This document shows, one piece after another, positions 1 to 11,800 of a DNA stretch of 64,000 bases (position 1 is the first letter of the stretch; each line of letters begins with the position of its first letter). Below the pieces are notes generated by a model, which worked only from the letters and a program-made list of their open reading frames with translations, was not told where the DNA came from and made no database searches. The translations under genes and the position numbers were made by a program. This stretch comes from an uncultured Actinomycetota bacterium (GTDB lineage: Bacteria > Actinomycetota > Actinomycetes > JAHEKZ01): contig CAVQYR010000001.1 of assembly GCA_963718235.1 (NCBI GenBank), positions 1,248,001-1,312,000 of the forward strand, in the 5' to 3' direction.

Positions 1-2
1 TG

Positions 3-710
3 ATGGTTCCACGCACGGACATGGTGTTCATCGAAAGGGGCAAGACGCTGCGACAGGCGTTGTCCCTCGGCCTGCGCAGTGGCTTCAGCCGGATCCCGGT
101 CATCGGTGAGAACGAGGACGACGTGGTGGGCGTCGTCTATCTCAAGGACGTCACCCGGCGCGCCTTCGACCACCGACAGGGTGAGAGCACCGAGAAGGTC
201 GACTCGCTCATGCGCAAGCCGTACTTCGTGCCCGACAGCAAGCCGGTGGACGAGCTGCTCAAGGACATGCAGGCCCGGCGCACCCACATCGCCATCGTCG
301 TCGACGAGTACGGCGGTGTCGGTGGCCTGGTCACGATCGAGGACGTCCTGGAGGAGATCGTCGGCGAGATCGTCGACGAGTACGACACACCCGAGCGACC
401 GCAGATCGAACAGCTGGGTGACGGCCGGTTCCGGGTGAACACCCGGCTGCACGTCGAGGACCTAGCCGAGCTGCTCGACGTCGAGCTCGACGAGGACGAG
501 CTCGAAGACGTCGACACCGTCGGCGGTCTGATGGCCCACCGCCTGGGCAAGGTGCCGATCCCGGGAGCGGAGATCGAGCTCTCGGGGTGGCAGCTGGTCG
601 CCGAGTCGACGGTCGGGCGACGCAACCGGATCGAGACGGTGCTGGTCAACCGGCAGCGTGAGACCGACCACGTGGCGTCTGCCGCCGAGCAGGAGTCGAC
701 CGATGCCTGA
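3..710 (+). CDS. HlyC/CorC family CBS-domain protein, 5'-truncated by the window edge
   Basis: MVPRTDM...GFSRIPV...VVDEYGG.GLVTIEDVLEEIVGEIVDEYD CBS pair and CorC C-terminal domain (DTVGGL...GKVP); usual position upstream of era. Confidence 0.9.
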   Translation: MVPRTDMVFIERGKTLRQALSLGLRSGFSRIPVIGENEDDVVGVVYLKDVTRRAFDHRQGESTEKVDSLMRKPYFVPDSKPVDELLKDMQARRTHIAIVVDEYGGVGGLVTIEDVLEEIVGEIVDEYDTPERPQIEQLGDGRFRVNTRLHVEDLAELLDVELDEDELEDVDTVGGLMAHRLGKVPIPGAEIELSGWQLVAESTVGRRNRIETVLVNRQRETDHVASAAEQESTDA

Positions 711-1047
711 GCCCACCGATCCCGAGGACCTCAAGCTCGTCACTCTGGCGCGCAGCAGTCGCAGTCGAGTGGCTGCCGCAGAGGGTGCTGCGGTGCGTGA
801 CACGACCGGACGCACCTACGCGGCGACGACCGTGGCGCTGCCCTCGTTGCATCTCTCGGCACTTCAGGCCGCGGTGGCAGCTGCTGTCGCCAGTGGGGCC
901 GAGGGGTTGGAGGCCGCGGCCGTCGTCACCGAGGCGGCCACAGCTGACGCCGATGGCATGGCCGCGGTTCGTGATCTGGGTGGGCTCGGCACACCCGTCG
1001 TCCTGGCCGACCCGACCGGTGAGGTCCGTGGCACCGCCCGATTCTGA
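703..1047 (+). CDS. Cytidine deaminase-fold protein lacking catalytic motifs
   Basis: ATG 703 overlaps the upstream stop; EGAAVRDTTGRTY resembles the CDA N-terminus, but HAE/CAE and PCxxC are absent; sits between the hlyC-like gene and era. Confidence 0.75.
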   Translation: MPEPTDPEDLKLVTLARSSRSRVAAAEGAAVRDTTGRTYAATTVALPSLHLSALQAAVAAAVASGAEGLEAAAVVTEAATADADGMAAVRDLGGLGTPVVLADPTGEVRGTARF

Positions 1048-1068
1048 CGTGCTGGGAGACTCCTCCCC

Positions 1069-1983
1069 GTGACCCAGCACTCCGGATTCGTGTCCGTCGT
1101 CGGGCGACCGAATGCCGGCAAGTCCACCCTGATCAACGCCATGGTCGGCGAGAAGATCGCGATCACCTCGAGCAAGCCGCAGACCACGCGCCGCACCGTG
1201 CGTGGGATCGTCAACTCACCCGCCGGGCAGCTCGTTCTGGTCGACACCCCAGGGCTCCATCGCCCACGGACCTTGCTGGGCGAGCGGCTCAACGACGAGG
1301 CGAAGTCCACGCTGGCCGACGTCGACGTGATTGCGGTCACGTTGCCTGCCGACGAGCGGATCGGACCCGGCGACCGGTTCATCACCGCCGAGACCGCCAG
1401 CGTGCGGCGGGCCCAGAAGGTGGCCGTGGTGACGAAGGCTGATCTCGTCGACCCGGAACAGATGCTGCGGCACCTGACCGACATCGTGCAGCTGGGCGCC
1501 GAGCTGGGCGTCGAGTGGGCCGAGATCGTGCCGGTGTCGGCCGTCGACGGGTTCCAGGTCGAGCTGCTCACCGAGCTGCTCACCCGGCTGCTTCCCGAAG
1601 GACCGGCGCTCTACCCGGAGGACACCACGACCGACGAGCCGGTCGAGACCCGGGTCAGCGAGCTGATCCGCGAGGCCGCGCTGGAGGGTGTCCGAGACGA
1701 GCTGCCGCACTCGATCGCCGTGCTGGTCGACGAGATGTCGGCGCGCGCGGGGCGTCGTCCGGAGCGGCCGCTCACCGACGTCCACGCCACGATCTTCGTC
1801 GAGCGCTCCAGCCAGAAGGCGATCGTGATCGGCCCCAAGGGTGCCCGGCTCAAGCAGGTGGGCATGGCCGCCCGCAAGGAGATCGAGCACCTGCTCGGCA
1901 CGCCCGTGTACCTCGACCTGCACGTCACCGTCGCCAAGGACTGGCAGCGCGACCCCCGCCAGCTGCGCAAGCTCGGCTTCTGA
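1069..1983 (+). CDS. era: GTPase Era
   Basis: GRPNAGKST, KPQTTR, DTPG, TKAD and C-terminal KH domain (IVIGPKGARLK). Confidence 0.97.
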   Translation: MTQHSGFVSVVGRPNAGKSTLINAMVGEKIAITSSKPQTTRRTVRGIVNSPAGQLVLVDTPGLHRPRTLLGERLNDEAKSTLADVDVIAVTLPADERIGPGDRFITAETASVRRAQKVAVVTKADLVDPEQMLRHLTDIVQLGAELGVEWAEIVPVSAVDGFQVELLTELLTRLLPEGPALYPEDTTTDEPVETRVSELIREAALEGVRDELPHSIAVLVDEMSARAGRRPERPLTDVHATIFVERSSQKAIVIGPKGARLKQVGMAARKEIEHLLGTPVYLDLHVTVAKDWQRDPRQLRKLGF

Positions 1984-2004
1984 CCCCGCTCCTCCGCCGA
2001 TGAT

Positions 2005-2077
2005 CAGCAAACCTGACCATCGGTCGGGTTTGCCGGCGGTAGACCGCCAGCAAACCCACGTCAGCGCCAGCAAACCC
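2005..2077. repeat. Short intergenic repeat and hairpin element (CAGCAAACC x3 plus an inverted copy)
   Basis: CAGCAAACC at 2005, CGCCAGCAAACCC at 2045 and 2065; hairpin GCAAACCTGACC-atc-GGTCGGGTTTGC at 2007-2033 between convergent genes. Confidence 0.65.
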
Positions 2078-2098
2078 GCGTTCGGCTGCGGCGGACCG

Positions 2099-3292
2099 TC
2101 AACCGGCCGAGGGCTCGGCCACGCTGGCGATGGCTGCCTCAGTCGCAGTGACAGTTTCGGCCTGGTCGGGGTGGCGCATCTCGGGGATGAGCTCGTACCG
2201 CTTGCCGTAGGTGTCGGCCACCGACTGGACGGCGGCCACGACCGGGATGGCGACGAGGGCCCCCCAGGGGCCGAACAGCGCCGCGCCTCCCATGACGGCG
2301 CCGAACGCCACCGCCGGGTGGATGTTGACGGTCCGTGAGGTCACCTTGGGGCTGAGGAAGTAGTTCTCGACCTGCTGGTACAAGAGGATGAAACCCAGCA
2401 CGAGCAGCCCCTTGACCGGACTCGCGAGCAGCGCGATCAGCACCGGGAGCGCACCGCCCAGGTAGGTGCCGATCGTGGGGATGAACTGGCTGACCAGACC
2501 GGTCCAGATCGCGAGCGGCAGCCAGAAGGGGATATTGAGGGCGAGCAGGAAGATCCCGGTGAAGAACGCGCACAGCATGGCCAGCACGAGTCGGGAGAAC
2601 ACGTATCCGCCGGTCTTGGCCACGGTGATCCGCCAGACCGTGTCGATCACTCGTTGCTGTCGTTGCGGGAACCACGACGAGACCGTCGCGCGCAGCCGAG
2701 GCGCCTCGGCCGACATGTAGAACGCGAACAGCAGAAGCGTGAAACCGCTGAAGACCAGGGAGACCAACGACCTGACGACGCCCAAGAGCCCGCCGCTCAG
2801 GTTGGACGCCAGGGACAGGAGCTTGCCCGTGTCGATGTTCAGTGCGTCTCGGATCTTGTTCTGGTCCCAGTCGGTGTTGAAGGTGTCATTCACCCAGGTG
2901 ATCGTCTCGTCGACGTAGCTGGGGAAGGCGGTGATCAGCTGCACGAGCTGCTCGAACAACAGCGTGCCGAAGACCGCGAAGAAGGCGACCGTCAGCAGGA
3001 GCATGCTGAGCATCACGGTGCCCGTGGCCAGACCGCGCTTCATGCCGGCCGTGACCAGCCGCCCGACCGCGGGTTCCATGGCGATGGACAGCAACCAGGC
3101 CAGGAACAAGATCCCGATCAGGCTGGACAGACCGTGGAAGGCCCAGGTGAGGATCCGCAGCGCGATCACCCCGGCGAAGACCCACAGGATGAACCCGCGG
3201 ATCCACGGCGGCGGAGTGCGGTAGACCATCCCGAGCACGCGTGTGACGGTGCTGCGGGCCGGCGCGGCCGTCGTTCCCGGTTGCTCGCTCAT
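2099..3292 (-). CDS. AI-2E (PerM/UPF0118) family transporter
   Basis: Multi-TM; QFIPTIG, YQQVENYFLSPK, IHPAV, GPWGALVAIP; ATG at 3292. Confidence 0.9.
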   Translation of the reverse strand: MSEQPGTTAAPARSTVTRVLGMVYRTPPPWIRGFILWVFAGVIALRILTWAFHGLSSLIGILFLAWLLSIAMEPAVGRLVTAGMKRGLATGTVMLSMLLLTVAFFAVFGTLLFEQLVQLITAFPSYVDETITWVNDTFNTDWDQNKIRDALNIDTGKLLSLASNLSGGLLGVVRSLVSLVFSGFTLLLFAFYMSAEAPRLRATVSSWFPQRQQRVIDTVWRITVAKTGGYVFSRLVLAMLCAFFTGIFLLALNIPFWLPLAIWTGLVSQFIPTIGTYLGGALPVLIALLASPVKGLLVLGFILLYQQVENYFLSPKVTSRTVNIHPAVAFGAVMGGAALFGPWGALVAIPVVAAVQSVADTYGKRYELIPEMRHPDQAETVTATEAAIASVAEPSAG

Positions 3293-3345
3293 CTCGCCCC
3301 TTCTGTGCCCGTCGACGGTAGCCCGCAGGCGAGGCTGTGACGTGA

Positions 3346-5199
<1,854 letters not shown>

Positions 5200-5214
5200 C
5201 GCCATTCCGGAGCC

Positions 5215-5246
5215 GCGGTGGCTTTCGGGGTGGCGAAAGCCGCCGC
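5215..5246. terminator. Inverted repeat between convergent genes, putative bidirectional terminator
   Basis: GCGGTGGCTTTCG-N6-CGAAAGCCGCCGC. Confidence 0.65.
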
Positions 5247-6058
5247 TACTCCGGAGTCGGGGGAGAGGCCGCCTGGGCGGTGCCGATCCGGGTGAAGCCG
5301 ACCCGCTCGTAGACGCGCGCGACGTCCTCGCCGCCGGCCGACAGGAAGACGACCTGGACGTCGCGGCGCAGCGCGTCGGCGACCAGCGTGTCGGTGATCG
5401 CTGCCCCGAGCCCCCGTCGACGGTGGTCGGGCAGGGTCGCGACGCCGACGATCTCGGTCACGTCCGCGACCGGCTGGTGTGACCCGGTCGCAAGCACCCC
5501 GTGCTCGTCCTCGGCCACCACGACCACGGTGCGGCCGTCGGCGATCCGGGCCCGCAGGTAGGCATCGTCGGAGGCGGAGTGGCCGCGAAGCGCCTCGTCG
5601 CGCGCCTTGGCGCCGTCGGCTCCGACCTCCGTGCCGGGGCTGGCGAAGCCCAGGCCGGCGACCACGCGCGACGCGGCCACGGCCTCGTCGTCGGCCCCGA
5701 GCCGGCGGATCCGGATGCCGTCGGGCACGGGGACGGCGAGCGGGTCGTGGTGCACGAGGAGCGGGTGTGAGAGCACCGTGAGGCCCGCGTCGGCGGCCGC
5801 CGTCGCGAGGTCGGGGGTGACCTCGGCAAGCCACTCGATCGACGGTTCCAGCCCGAGGTCCTGCTGGCGTCGGATGACGGCGGTCACGTCGTGTGCGTTG
5901 ATCGCCGAAGAGTCACCCAGCCGGGGTCGGGCGTAGAAGGGCCAACCGACCTCGGCGACGAACAGGGTGAACGGCCCGACCGGCTCGGCGTGGGCCGAGG
6001 TGCGGGGGACGGCGTCGAGGTACGCCTCGATCCGGTCGAGGAGATGGGTGCGTGTCAC
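5246..6058 (-). CDS. GNAT family N-acetyltransferase
   Basis: EIVGVATLPDHRRRGLGAA acetyl-CoA motif and VYERVGF; GTG 6058 lies 6 nt after CAGGAT (alternative start 6076). Confidence 0.85.
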   Translation of the reverse strand: MTRTHLLDRIEAYLDAVPRTSAHAEPVGPFTLFVAEVGWPFYARPRLGDSSAINAHDVTAVIRRQQDLGLEPSIEWLAEVTPDLATAAADAGLTVLSHPLLVHHDPLAVPVPDGIRIRRLGADDEAVAASRVVAGLGFASPGTEVGADGAKARDEALRGHSASDDAYLRARIADGRTVVVVAEDEHGVLATGSHQPVADVTEIVGVATLPDHRRRGLGAAITDTLVADALRRDVQVVFLSAGGEDVARVYERVGFTRIGTAQAASPPTPE

Positions 6059-6152
6059 GGGCCCATCCTGGTCCATGCTGTCCGGCGTGCGGGAGACAAT
6101 GCCCGGGTGACGACTGACCAGGCCACGACGGCACGCTCACGGTGAGCACCCG

Positions 6153-6884
6153 ATGAGCCTGTACCGCGACGAAGCCGTCGTCCTGCGCACCCAGAAGCTG
6201 GGTGAGGCCGACCGGATCGTCACCCTGCTCACCCGCCAGCACGGACGCGTGCGCGCGGTGGCCAAGGGCGTGCGCCGCACCCGCTCGAAGTTCGGGTCGC
6301 GGCTGGAGCCGTTCGGGCACGTCGACGTCCAGCTGTACGAGGGGCGCTCCCTCGACGTCGTCACCCAGGTCGAGTCCCTGGCCTCGCCCGGGGCAGCGCT
6401 GGCGGCCGACTACCCCGCCTACACCTCGGGCACCGCGATGCTCGAGACCGCCGAGCGGCTCACCGACGTCGAGCGGGAGCCGTCGACGCAGCTGTACCTG
6501 CTGCTGGTGGGAGGGCTGCGTTCACTGGCCGGCGCCGAGCACGACCCCGGGTCGGTGCTCGACGCGTTCCTGCTGCGGGCGCTGGCCATCGCCGGCTACG
6601 CGCCGAGCTTTGCCGACTGCGCCAGGTGCGGCCTCGAGGGGCCGCACCGGTTCTTCTCCGTCCAGGGGGGTGGGTCGGTGTGCGGGGACTGCCGTCCCGC
6701 CGGGTCCGTGACGGTCGCCCCCGAGACCCTCGAGCTGCTCTCGGCCCTGCTGACCGGCGACTGGGCGACCGCAGACGACTCCGAGACCCGGTACCGGCGG
6801 GCCGGCAGCGGCCTGACGGCCGCCTACCTCCAGTGGCACCTGGAGCGGGGACTGCGCTCGCTACGGCTGGTGGAGCGGACATGA
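6153..6884 (+). CDS. recO: DNA repair protein RecO
   Basis: [38 protein letters not shown], CxxC...CxxC zinc finger. Confidence 0.96.
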   Translation: MSLYRDEAVVLRTQKLGEADRIVTLLTRQHGRVRAVAKGVRRTRSKFGSRLEPFGHVDVQLYEGRSLDVVTQVESLASPGAALAADYPAYTSGTAMLETAERLTDVEREPSTQLYLLLVGGLRSLAGAEHDPGSVLDAFLLRALAIAGYAPSFADCARCGLEGPHRFFSVQGGGSVCGDCRPAGSVTVAPETLELLSALLTGDWATADDSETRYRRAGSGLTAAYLQWHLERGLRSLRLVERT

Positions 6885-7684
6885 GGCGTCGCGAACCACC
6901 TCGACCGCCCACGCCGCACCCGTCAGGCGAGCGGCCCCCTGCCCTCCCCTCCGAGCTGGTGCCCCGTCACGTGGCCGTGGTCATGGACGGCAACGGCCGC
7001 TGGGCCAAGCGACGAGGGCTGCCCCGCACGGCCGGCCACGAGGCCGGGGAGGCAGCGCTGTTCGACCTCGTCGAGGGCGCGATCGAGATCGGTGTGAAGT
7101 ACGTGTCGGCGTACGCCTTCTCCACCGAGAACTGGAAACGGTCGCCGGACGAGGTCCGGTTCCTGATGGGGTTCAACCGGGACGTGATCCGACGCCGACG
7201 CGACGAGATGAACGCGATGGGGGTGCGAGTCCGCTGGGCCGGACGTCGTCCGAAGCTGTGGAAGTCGGTCATCGACGAGCTGGAGGTCGCCGAGCAGATG
7301 ACCGCAGACAACAACGTGCTGACCCTGACCATGTGCGTCAACTACGGCGGACGGTCCGAGATCGTCGACGCCGCCGCCACGATCGCCCGCTTGGCGCGAG
7401 AGGGCCGGCTCAACCCGGACAAGCTCGACGAGCGGATGTTCGCCCGCTACCTCGACGAGCCGGACCTTCCCGATGTCGACCTGTTCATCCGCAGCAGCGG
7501 CGAGCAGCGCACCAGCAACTTCCTGCTGTGGCAGTCCGCCTATGCCGAGCTGGTGTTCCTCGAGACGCTGTGGCCCGACGTCGACCGCCGCCACCTGTGG
7601 TGGGCGATCGAGCAGTACGCCTCGCGCGACCGGCGCTACGGTGGAGCGTTGCCCAACCCGGAACCGACCGGTCGGACGACGTGA
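6881..7684 (+). CDS. uppS: Isoprenyl transferase (polyprenyl diphosphate synthase)
   Basis: [45 protein letters not shown]; ATGA overlap with recO. Confidence 0.95.
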   Translation: MRRREPPRPPTPHPSGERPPALPSELVPRHVAVVMDGNGRWAKRRGLPRTAGHEAGEAALFDLVEGAIEIGVKYVSAYAFSTENWKRSPDEVRFLMGFNRDVIRRRRDEMNAMGVRVRWAGRRPKLWKSVIDELEVAEQMTADNNVLTLTMCVNYGGRSEIVDAAATIARLAREGRLNPDKLDERMFARYLDEPDLPDVDLFIRSSGEQRTSNFLLWQSAYAELVFLETLWPDVDRRHLWWAIEQYASRDRRYGGALPNPEPTGRTT

Positions 7685-7694
7685 GGACCGCCGG

Positions 7695-8684
7695 GTGAGT
7701 GGCGCCATGCCGCAGACGGCTCGGCGTAGCACCGGCATGACGCCCGGTGTGTTCGTCCTGTGCGCGATCCTGGTCGGACTCGTGGTCGGACAAGGGCGGT
7801 TGGCCGACTGGCTCCAGGACCAGCCGGCCATGCAGACCTTCTCCACCGTCCTGGTCAGCATCGTGATCCAGGCGCTCCCGTTCCTCGTGTTCGGCGTGCT
7901 GCTGAGCGCCGCGATCGCCGCCTTCGTGCCACCGGCCTTCTTCGGCCGTGTCCTGCCGCGGCGGGAGGCGCTGGCCGTGCCCGTCGCTGCTGCTGGCGGC
8001 GCTCTGCTTCCGGGCTGTGAGTGTGCTTCGGTACCCGTGGCTGGCGGGCTCATGGCCCGCGGCGTCGCCCCCGCCGCCGCTCTCGCGTTCCTCCTGTCGG
8101 CGCCCGCCATCAACCCGATCGTCACGGTCTCGACCCTCGTGGCGTTCCCCGGGGAGCCACAGATGGCCCTCGGACGATTCCTGGCGTCTCTGGTGACGGC
8201 GGTCGTCGTCGGTTGGTGGTGGCTTCGCTTCGGTCGCGGCGGTTGGCTACGCGTCCCGTCTCGGGACCACCTGCACGGTGCGACCGGCTGGGAGGCGTTC
8301 CGGCTCTCGGCGCAGCACGACTTCCTGCACGCGGGTGGCTTCTTGGTGCTCGGTGGACTGGCCGCCGCCGTCCTGAACGTGCTGGTCCCCAGGGAGTGGT
8401 TGGACACCGTGGCCGACAACCCCGTGCTCTCGATCCTGGTTCTGGCCCTGTTGGCCGTGGTCCTCTCCCTGTGCTCGGAAGCGGACGCCTTCGTCGCGGC
8501 CGGGCTCACCCAGTTCTCGTTGACGTCTCGGCTGGTCTTCCTCGTCGTCGGTCCCATGGTCGACCTCAAGCTGGTCTCGCTCCAGGCGGGCATCTTCGGG
8601 TCTGCGTTCGCCCGTCGGTTCGCGCCGGTGACCTTGGTCACCGCGATCAGTGTGGCCAGCGTGGTGGGGGTGGCCCTGCTGTGA
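7695..8684 (+). CDS. DUF318/ArsP-like permease
   Basis: QALPFLVFG, LPGCECASVP, FLLSAPAINP, LCSEADAFVA, VGPMVDLKL; start GTG 7695 or ATG 7707. Confidence 0.88.
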   Translation: MSGAMPQTARRSTGMTPGVFVLCAILVGLVVGQGRLADWLQDQPAMQTFSTVLVSIVIQALPFLVFGVLLSAAIAAFVPPAFFGRVLPRREALAVPVAAAGGALLPGCECASVPVAGGLMARGVAPAAALAFLLSAPAINPIVTVSTLVAFPGEPQMALGRFLASLVTAVVVGWWWLRFGRGGWLRVPSRDHLHGATGWEAFRLSAQHDFLHAGGFLVLGGLAAAVLNVLVPREWLDTVADNPVLSILVLALLAVVLSLCSEADAFVAAGLTQFSLTSRLVFLVVGPMVDLKLVSLQAGIFGSAFARRFAPVTLVTAISVASVVGVALL

Positions 8685-9382
8685 GGCGCGATGTACAGAG
8701 TCTCCTGCTGGCCTTTCTGGGGGCCACCATCCTGCGGCTGTCGATGACCGACGAGTACCTGTCCTACGTCAAGCCCGGCATGCGCCCCTTCCTCATCGCG
8801 TCCGGAGTGGTCCTGGTCCTGCTGGGAGCGGTATCCGTGCTGCGCGACACCAAGGACGCACCAGCCGACAGCGACCAGCCAGACGACGACGAGCACCCGA
8901 CGCCACGCGTCACGTGGCTTTTGCTGCTCCCCGTGCTGCTCGTGTTCGTGGTGACGCCGCCGCCACTGGGCGCCTTCGCAGCGGACCGTGCCGCTTCGGC
9001 GATTCCGGAGCCGGGAGAGGTCGAGCTTCCGGCGCTGCCGGACGGCGACCCGGTGTCGATCCGGGTGTCGGAGTACGCCTTCCGGGCGGTGTGGGACCAG
9101 GGCGACACGTTGGCGGGTCGCGTCGTCCAGCTCACGGGATTCGCGTCAGCGACCGAGGCGGGCGGCTGGTACCTCAACCGACTGTCGCTTGCGTGCTGTG
9201 CGGCCGATGCCCGGGTGGCGCGGGTCGAGGTCGTGGGAGCCGATGATCCTGGGGTCGACACCTGGGTCCAGGTGACTGGCCGTTGGGTCCCGGGGGGCGA
9301 GGTCGAAGACCCCGGCGCCGTGCCGCTGATCGAGGCATCCGAGGTGGTTGCCATCGATCGGCCGGCCCGGCCCTACGAGTAG
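8681..9382 (+). CDS. TIGR03943 family putative permease subunit
   Basis: YLSYVKPGMRP, PPPLGAF, RLSLACCAADA, RPYE end; GTGA overlap with the permease. Confidence 0.85.
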   Translation: MRRDVQSLLLAFLGATILRLSMTDEYLSYVKPGMRPFLIASGVVLVLLGAVSVLRDTKDAPADSDQPDDDEHPTPRVTWLLLLPVLLVFVVTPPPLGAFAADRAASAIPEPGEVELPALPDGDPVSIRVSEYAFRAVWDQGDTLAGRVVQLTGFASATEAGGWYLNRLSLACCAADARVARVEVVGADDPGVDTWVQVTGRWVPGGEVEDPGAVPLIEASEVVAIDRPARPYE

Positions 9383-9386
9383 CGGC

Positions 9387-9806
9387 TCAGCCGGTCGAGC
9401 AGTCGCGGCACCGCCCGAAGACCTCAACGGCGTGGGTCACCTCGGTGAAGCCATGGCTCGTCGCCACCTGCTCCGCCCAACGCTCGACTGCCGGTCCCTC
9501 GACCTCGATCGCACGTCCGCAGACACGGCACACCAGATGGTGGTGGTGTGAGGAGCCGCAGCGGCGGTACACGGTTTCGCCCTCGCCCGTCCGCAGGACG
9601 TCGAGATCGCCGGCGTCGGCCATCGCCTGCAGCGTGCGATAGACCGTGGTGAGCCCGACCGAGTGACCGCGCTCTCTCAGCAGTGCGTGGATCTCTTGCG
9701 CGCTGCTGAACCCGTCGAGGTCCTCCAGCACCATGGTGACCGCTGTGCGCTGGCGCGTGGTTCGGCGGCGGCTCGGATCGTCGAGGGCGCGCTCAGTCGA
9801 GGTCAT
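9387..9806 (-). CDS. zur: Fur family zinc uptake regulator
   Basis: RTTRQR, VGLTTVYRTL, HHHHLVCRVCG, FGRCRDC; adjacent to znuABC. Confidence 0.9.
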   Translation of the reverse strand: MTSTERALDDPSRRRTTRQRTAVTMVLEDLDGFSSAQEIHALLRERGHSVGLTTVYRTLQAMADAGDLDVLRTGEGETVYRRCGSSHHHHLVCRVCGRAIEVEGPAVERWAEQVATSHGFTEVTHAVEVFGRCRDCSTG

Positions 9807-10140
9807 GGGCGTTGCCCTCCTGTGCGTGGTGGAGAGCGTCCTTGACGATGTGCGCGACGTGGTCGTCGGTGAGTCGGTAGGCCACCTCGCGTCCGCGGCG
9901 CACTCCTTCGACAAGGTCGGCGCCACGCAGGACTCGCAGGTGCTGGCTCACCAACGGCTGAGGCAGGTCCAGGGCATCGACGAGCTCATGAACGCACTGG
10001 TCACCGTCGGTCAGCGCACTCACCAGGGCCACTCGTACGGGGGAGGCAAGGGCTCGGAACAGCTCACCGGCCTCGGCGTACGCCGTGCTGTCTGCCTGCG
10101 GGGGCTCGGCGAGTGGCACATCGGGTGGCGTCGATGACAT
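9793..10140 (-). CDS. smtB: ArsR/SmtB family metalloregulator
   Basis: FRALASPVR, CVHELV, VSQHLRVLR, alpha5 site DDHVAHIVKDALHHAQE; smtB-zur pair as in mycobacteria. Confidence 0.88.
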   Translation of the reverse strand: MSSTPPDVPLAEPPQADSTAYAEAGELFRALASPVRVALVSALTDGDQCVHELVDALDLPQPLVSQHLRVLRGADLVEGVRRGREVAYRLTDDHVAHIVKDALHHAQEGNAHDLD

Positions 10141-10161
10141 ATGCTGATATTGCCATATATC
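10136..10161. promoter_or_regulatory. SmtB-type 12-2-12 operator overlapping the smtB start
   Basis: GACATATGCTGATATTGCCATATATC, an imperfect AT-rich palindrome in a GC-rich background. Confidence 0.7.
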
Positions 10162-10190
10162 GTAGTCGCGATCAAGGACGGCCCCCGGAC

Positions 10191-11018
10191 CTACCGGGCG
10201 CGGCCGTTGCCGACCCGGCGTCGCAGGGGTGCCCCGACGGCGGTGAGAGCGAAGACGATGATGGCGAGCAGGACGATCGTCCCCCCTGAGGGCGCATCCG
10301 CGTAGTAGGACGCCACGACCCCCCCGACCGCACACGTCACGGCCAGGGTCACGGCCACTGTCGTCGTCGAACGGAAGCTGCGACACACCAGCTGCGCCGT
10401 CGCCACGGGAACGATCATGAGGGCACTGATGAGGAGCAGTCCGACGACTCGCATGGACAAGACCACCGTGCTGGCCGTGAGGCAGGCGAGCAGGACGTTC
10501 ATCGCGTTGACGGGCATTCCGGAGGCTCGGGCGAACTCCTCGTCGTTGCTGATCGCGAACAGCTGGTGGGAGAGGAGGCCGGTCAGGGCGACGATGGCCA
10601 ACGTCAGGGCCGCGAAGACGAGCAGGTCTTGGCCCGACGTGGTGGTGATGGCACCGAACAGGTAGCTGTTCAACGTCGCCACCGTCCCGCCAGGGGCGAA
10701 GCTGATCAGGACGACACCTCCGGCGATACCCCCGTAGAACATGACGGCCAGGGCCAGGTCTCCTCCGGTCCGACCTCTCGCACGAAGCAGCTCGACGGTC
10801 ACTGCACCGATGACCGAGACCACGAGGGCGACCAGGACGGGTGCGCGGCTGGTGAGCAGGCCGAGGGCGACCCCCGTCAGGGCGATGTGCCCGATGCCGT
10901 CGCCGATGAGGGACAGCCTGCGCTGGACCAGGAAGACGCCGATCCTCGGCGCCGCCAGCCCAACCATCACAGCAGCGACCAGAGCACGTTGCATGAAGTC
11001 GTACTGCAGGAGCTCCAC
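10191..11018 (-). CDS. znuB: Zinc ABC transporter permease
   Basis: DFMQRAL, LSLIGDGIGHIALTG, SYLFG, VGLLLISALMIVP. Confidence 0.92.
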   Translation of the reverse strand: MELLQYDFMQRALVAAVMVGLAAPRIGVFLVQRRLSLIGDGIGHIALTGVALGLLTSRAPVLVALVVSVIGAVTVELLRARGRTGGDLALAVMFYGGIAGGVVLISFAPGGTVATLNSYLFGAITTTSGQDLLVFAALTLAIVALTGLLSHQLFAISNDEEFARASGMPVNAMNVLLACLTASTVVLSMRVVGLLLISALMIVPVATAQLVCRSFRSTTTVAVTLAVTCAVGGVVASYYADAPSGGTIVLLAIIVFALTAVGAPLRRRVGNGRAR

Positions 11019-11020
11019 GG

Positions 11021-11800
11021 CTAGTCGTCCATCAGGCGTCGTTCGGGAGGCGACGGGTCGTCGTCGTGGTGGGCGAACGGCTCACCCGTCGCCCGCAGGA
11101 TGGCCTCGGTCGGTGGTCCGTCGTACTCGATCCGACCGTGGCTGATCCACACGACTCGGGTGAGACTGCGCTCGAAGGGGCCGGTGTCGTGAGTGACGAC
11201 CAGGATCGTGGTACCGGTCCTGGACAGCTGGTCGAGCACCCCGGCGAGCTCGGCCTGTGCCTCGGCGTCGAGTCCCGCTGTCGGCTCGTCGAGCACGAGG
11301 AACTGGACGTCGCGGACCAGGGCGCGGGCGATCAGTACCCGGCGCTGCTGTCCACCGGAGAGTCGCTCGACCGGCTTCCAGGCGAGGGGGGCGAGGCCGA
11401 GCCGGTCCAGGGCGGCTGCGGTCGCTTCACGGTCGGTCCGGCCCAGTGGTCTCCAGCGCCGGTCGGCCAGGCAGCCACTCGAGACGACCTCCTCGACGGT
11501 GCTGGGGATCGGTCCCCCGGCCGTGTGACGTTGGGGGACGTACCCGACGCGTGAACGACGTGTGGCACCCTCGGCGCCGAACAGCTCGACCGAGCCGCTC
11601 TGCACCTCAGCGAGCCCGACGATGGCCTTGACCAGCGTGGACTTGCCCGAGCCGTTCGGCCCGACCAGCGCAACGAACTCCCCGGGGCTCACCGACAGGT
11701 CGACGCCGTGAATCACCCTCGTTCCGTCGAACCCGACGGCAGCGTTCCTGAAGTCGACGAGGGGGGTGCCTTCGGCGAGGGAGGGTTCGGTCAGCGACAG
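11021..11800 (-). CDS. znuC: Zinc ABC transporter ATPase (start probably CTG 11800 or 11794; first GTG 11716)
   Basis: GPNGSGKST, GYVPQR, LSGGQQRR, LDEPT; the frame stays open upstream as TEPSLAEGTPLVDFRNAAVGFDGTRV. Confidence 0.9.
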   Translation of the reverse strand: MSLTEPSLAEGTPLVDFRNAAVGFDGTRVIHGVDLSVSPGEFVALVGPNGSGKSTLVKAIVGLAEVQSGSVELFGAEGATRRSRVGYVPQRHTAGGPIPSTVEEVVSSGCLADRRWRPLGRTDREATAAALDRLGLAPLAWKPVERLSGGQQRRVLIARALVRDVQFLVLDEPTAGLDAEAQAELAGVLDQLSRTGTTILVVTHDTGPFERSLTRVVWISHGRIEYDGPPTEAILRATGEPFAHHDDDPSPPERRLMDD

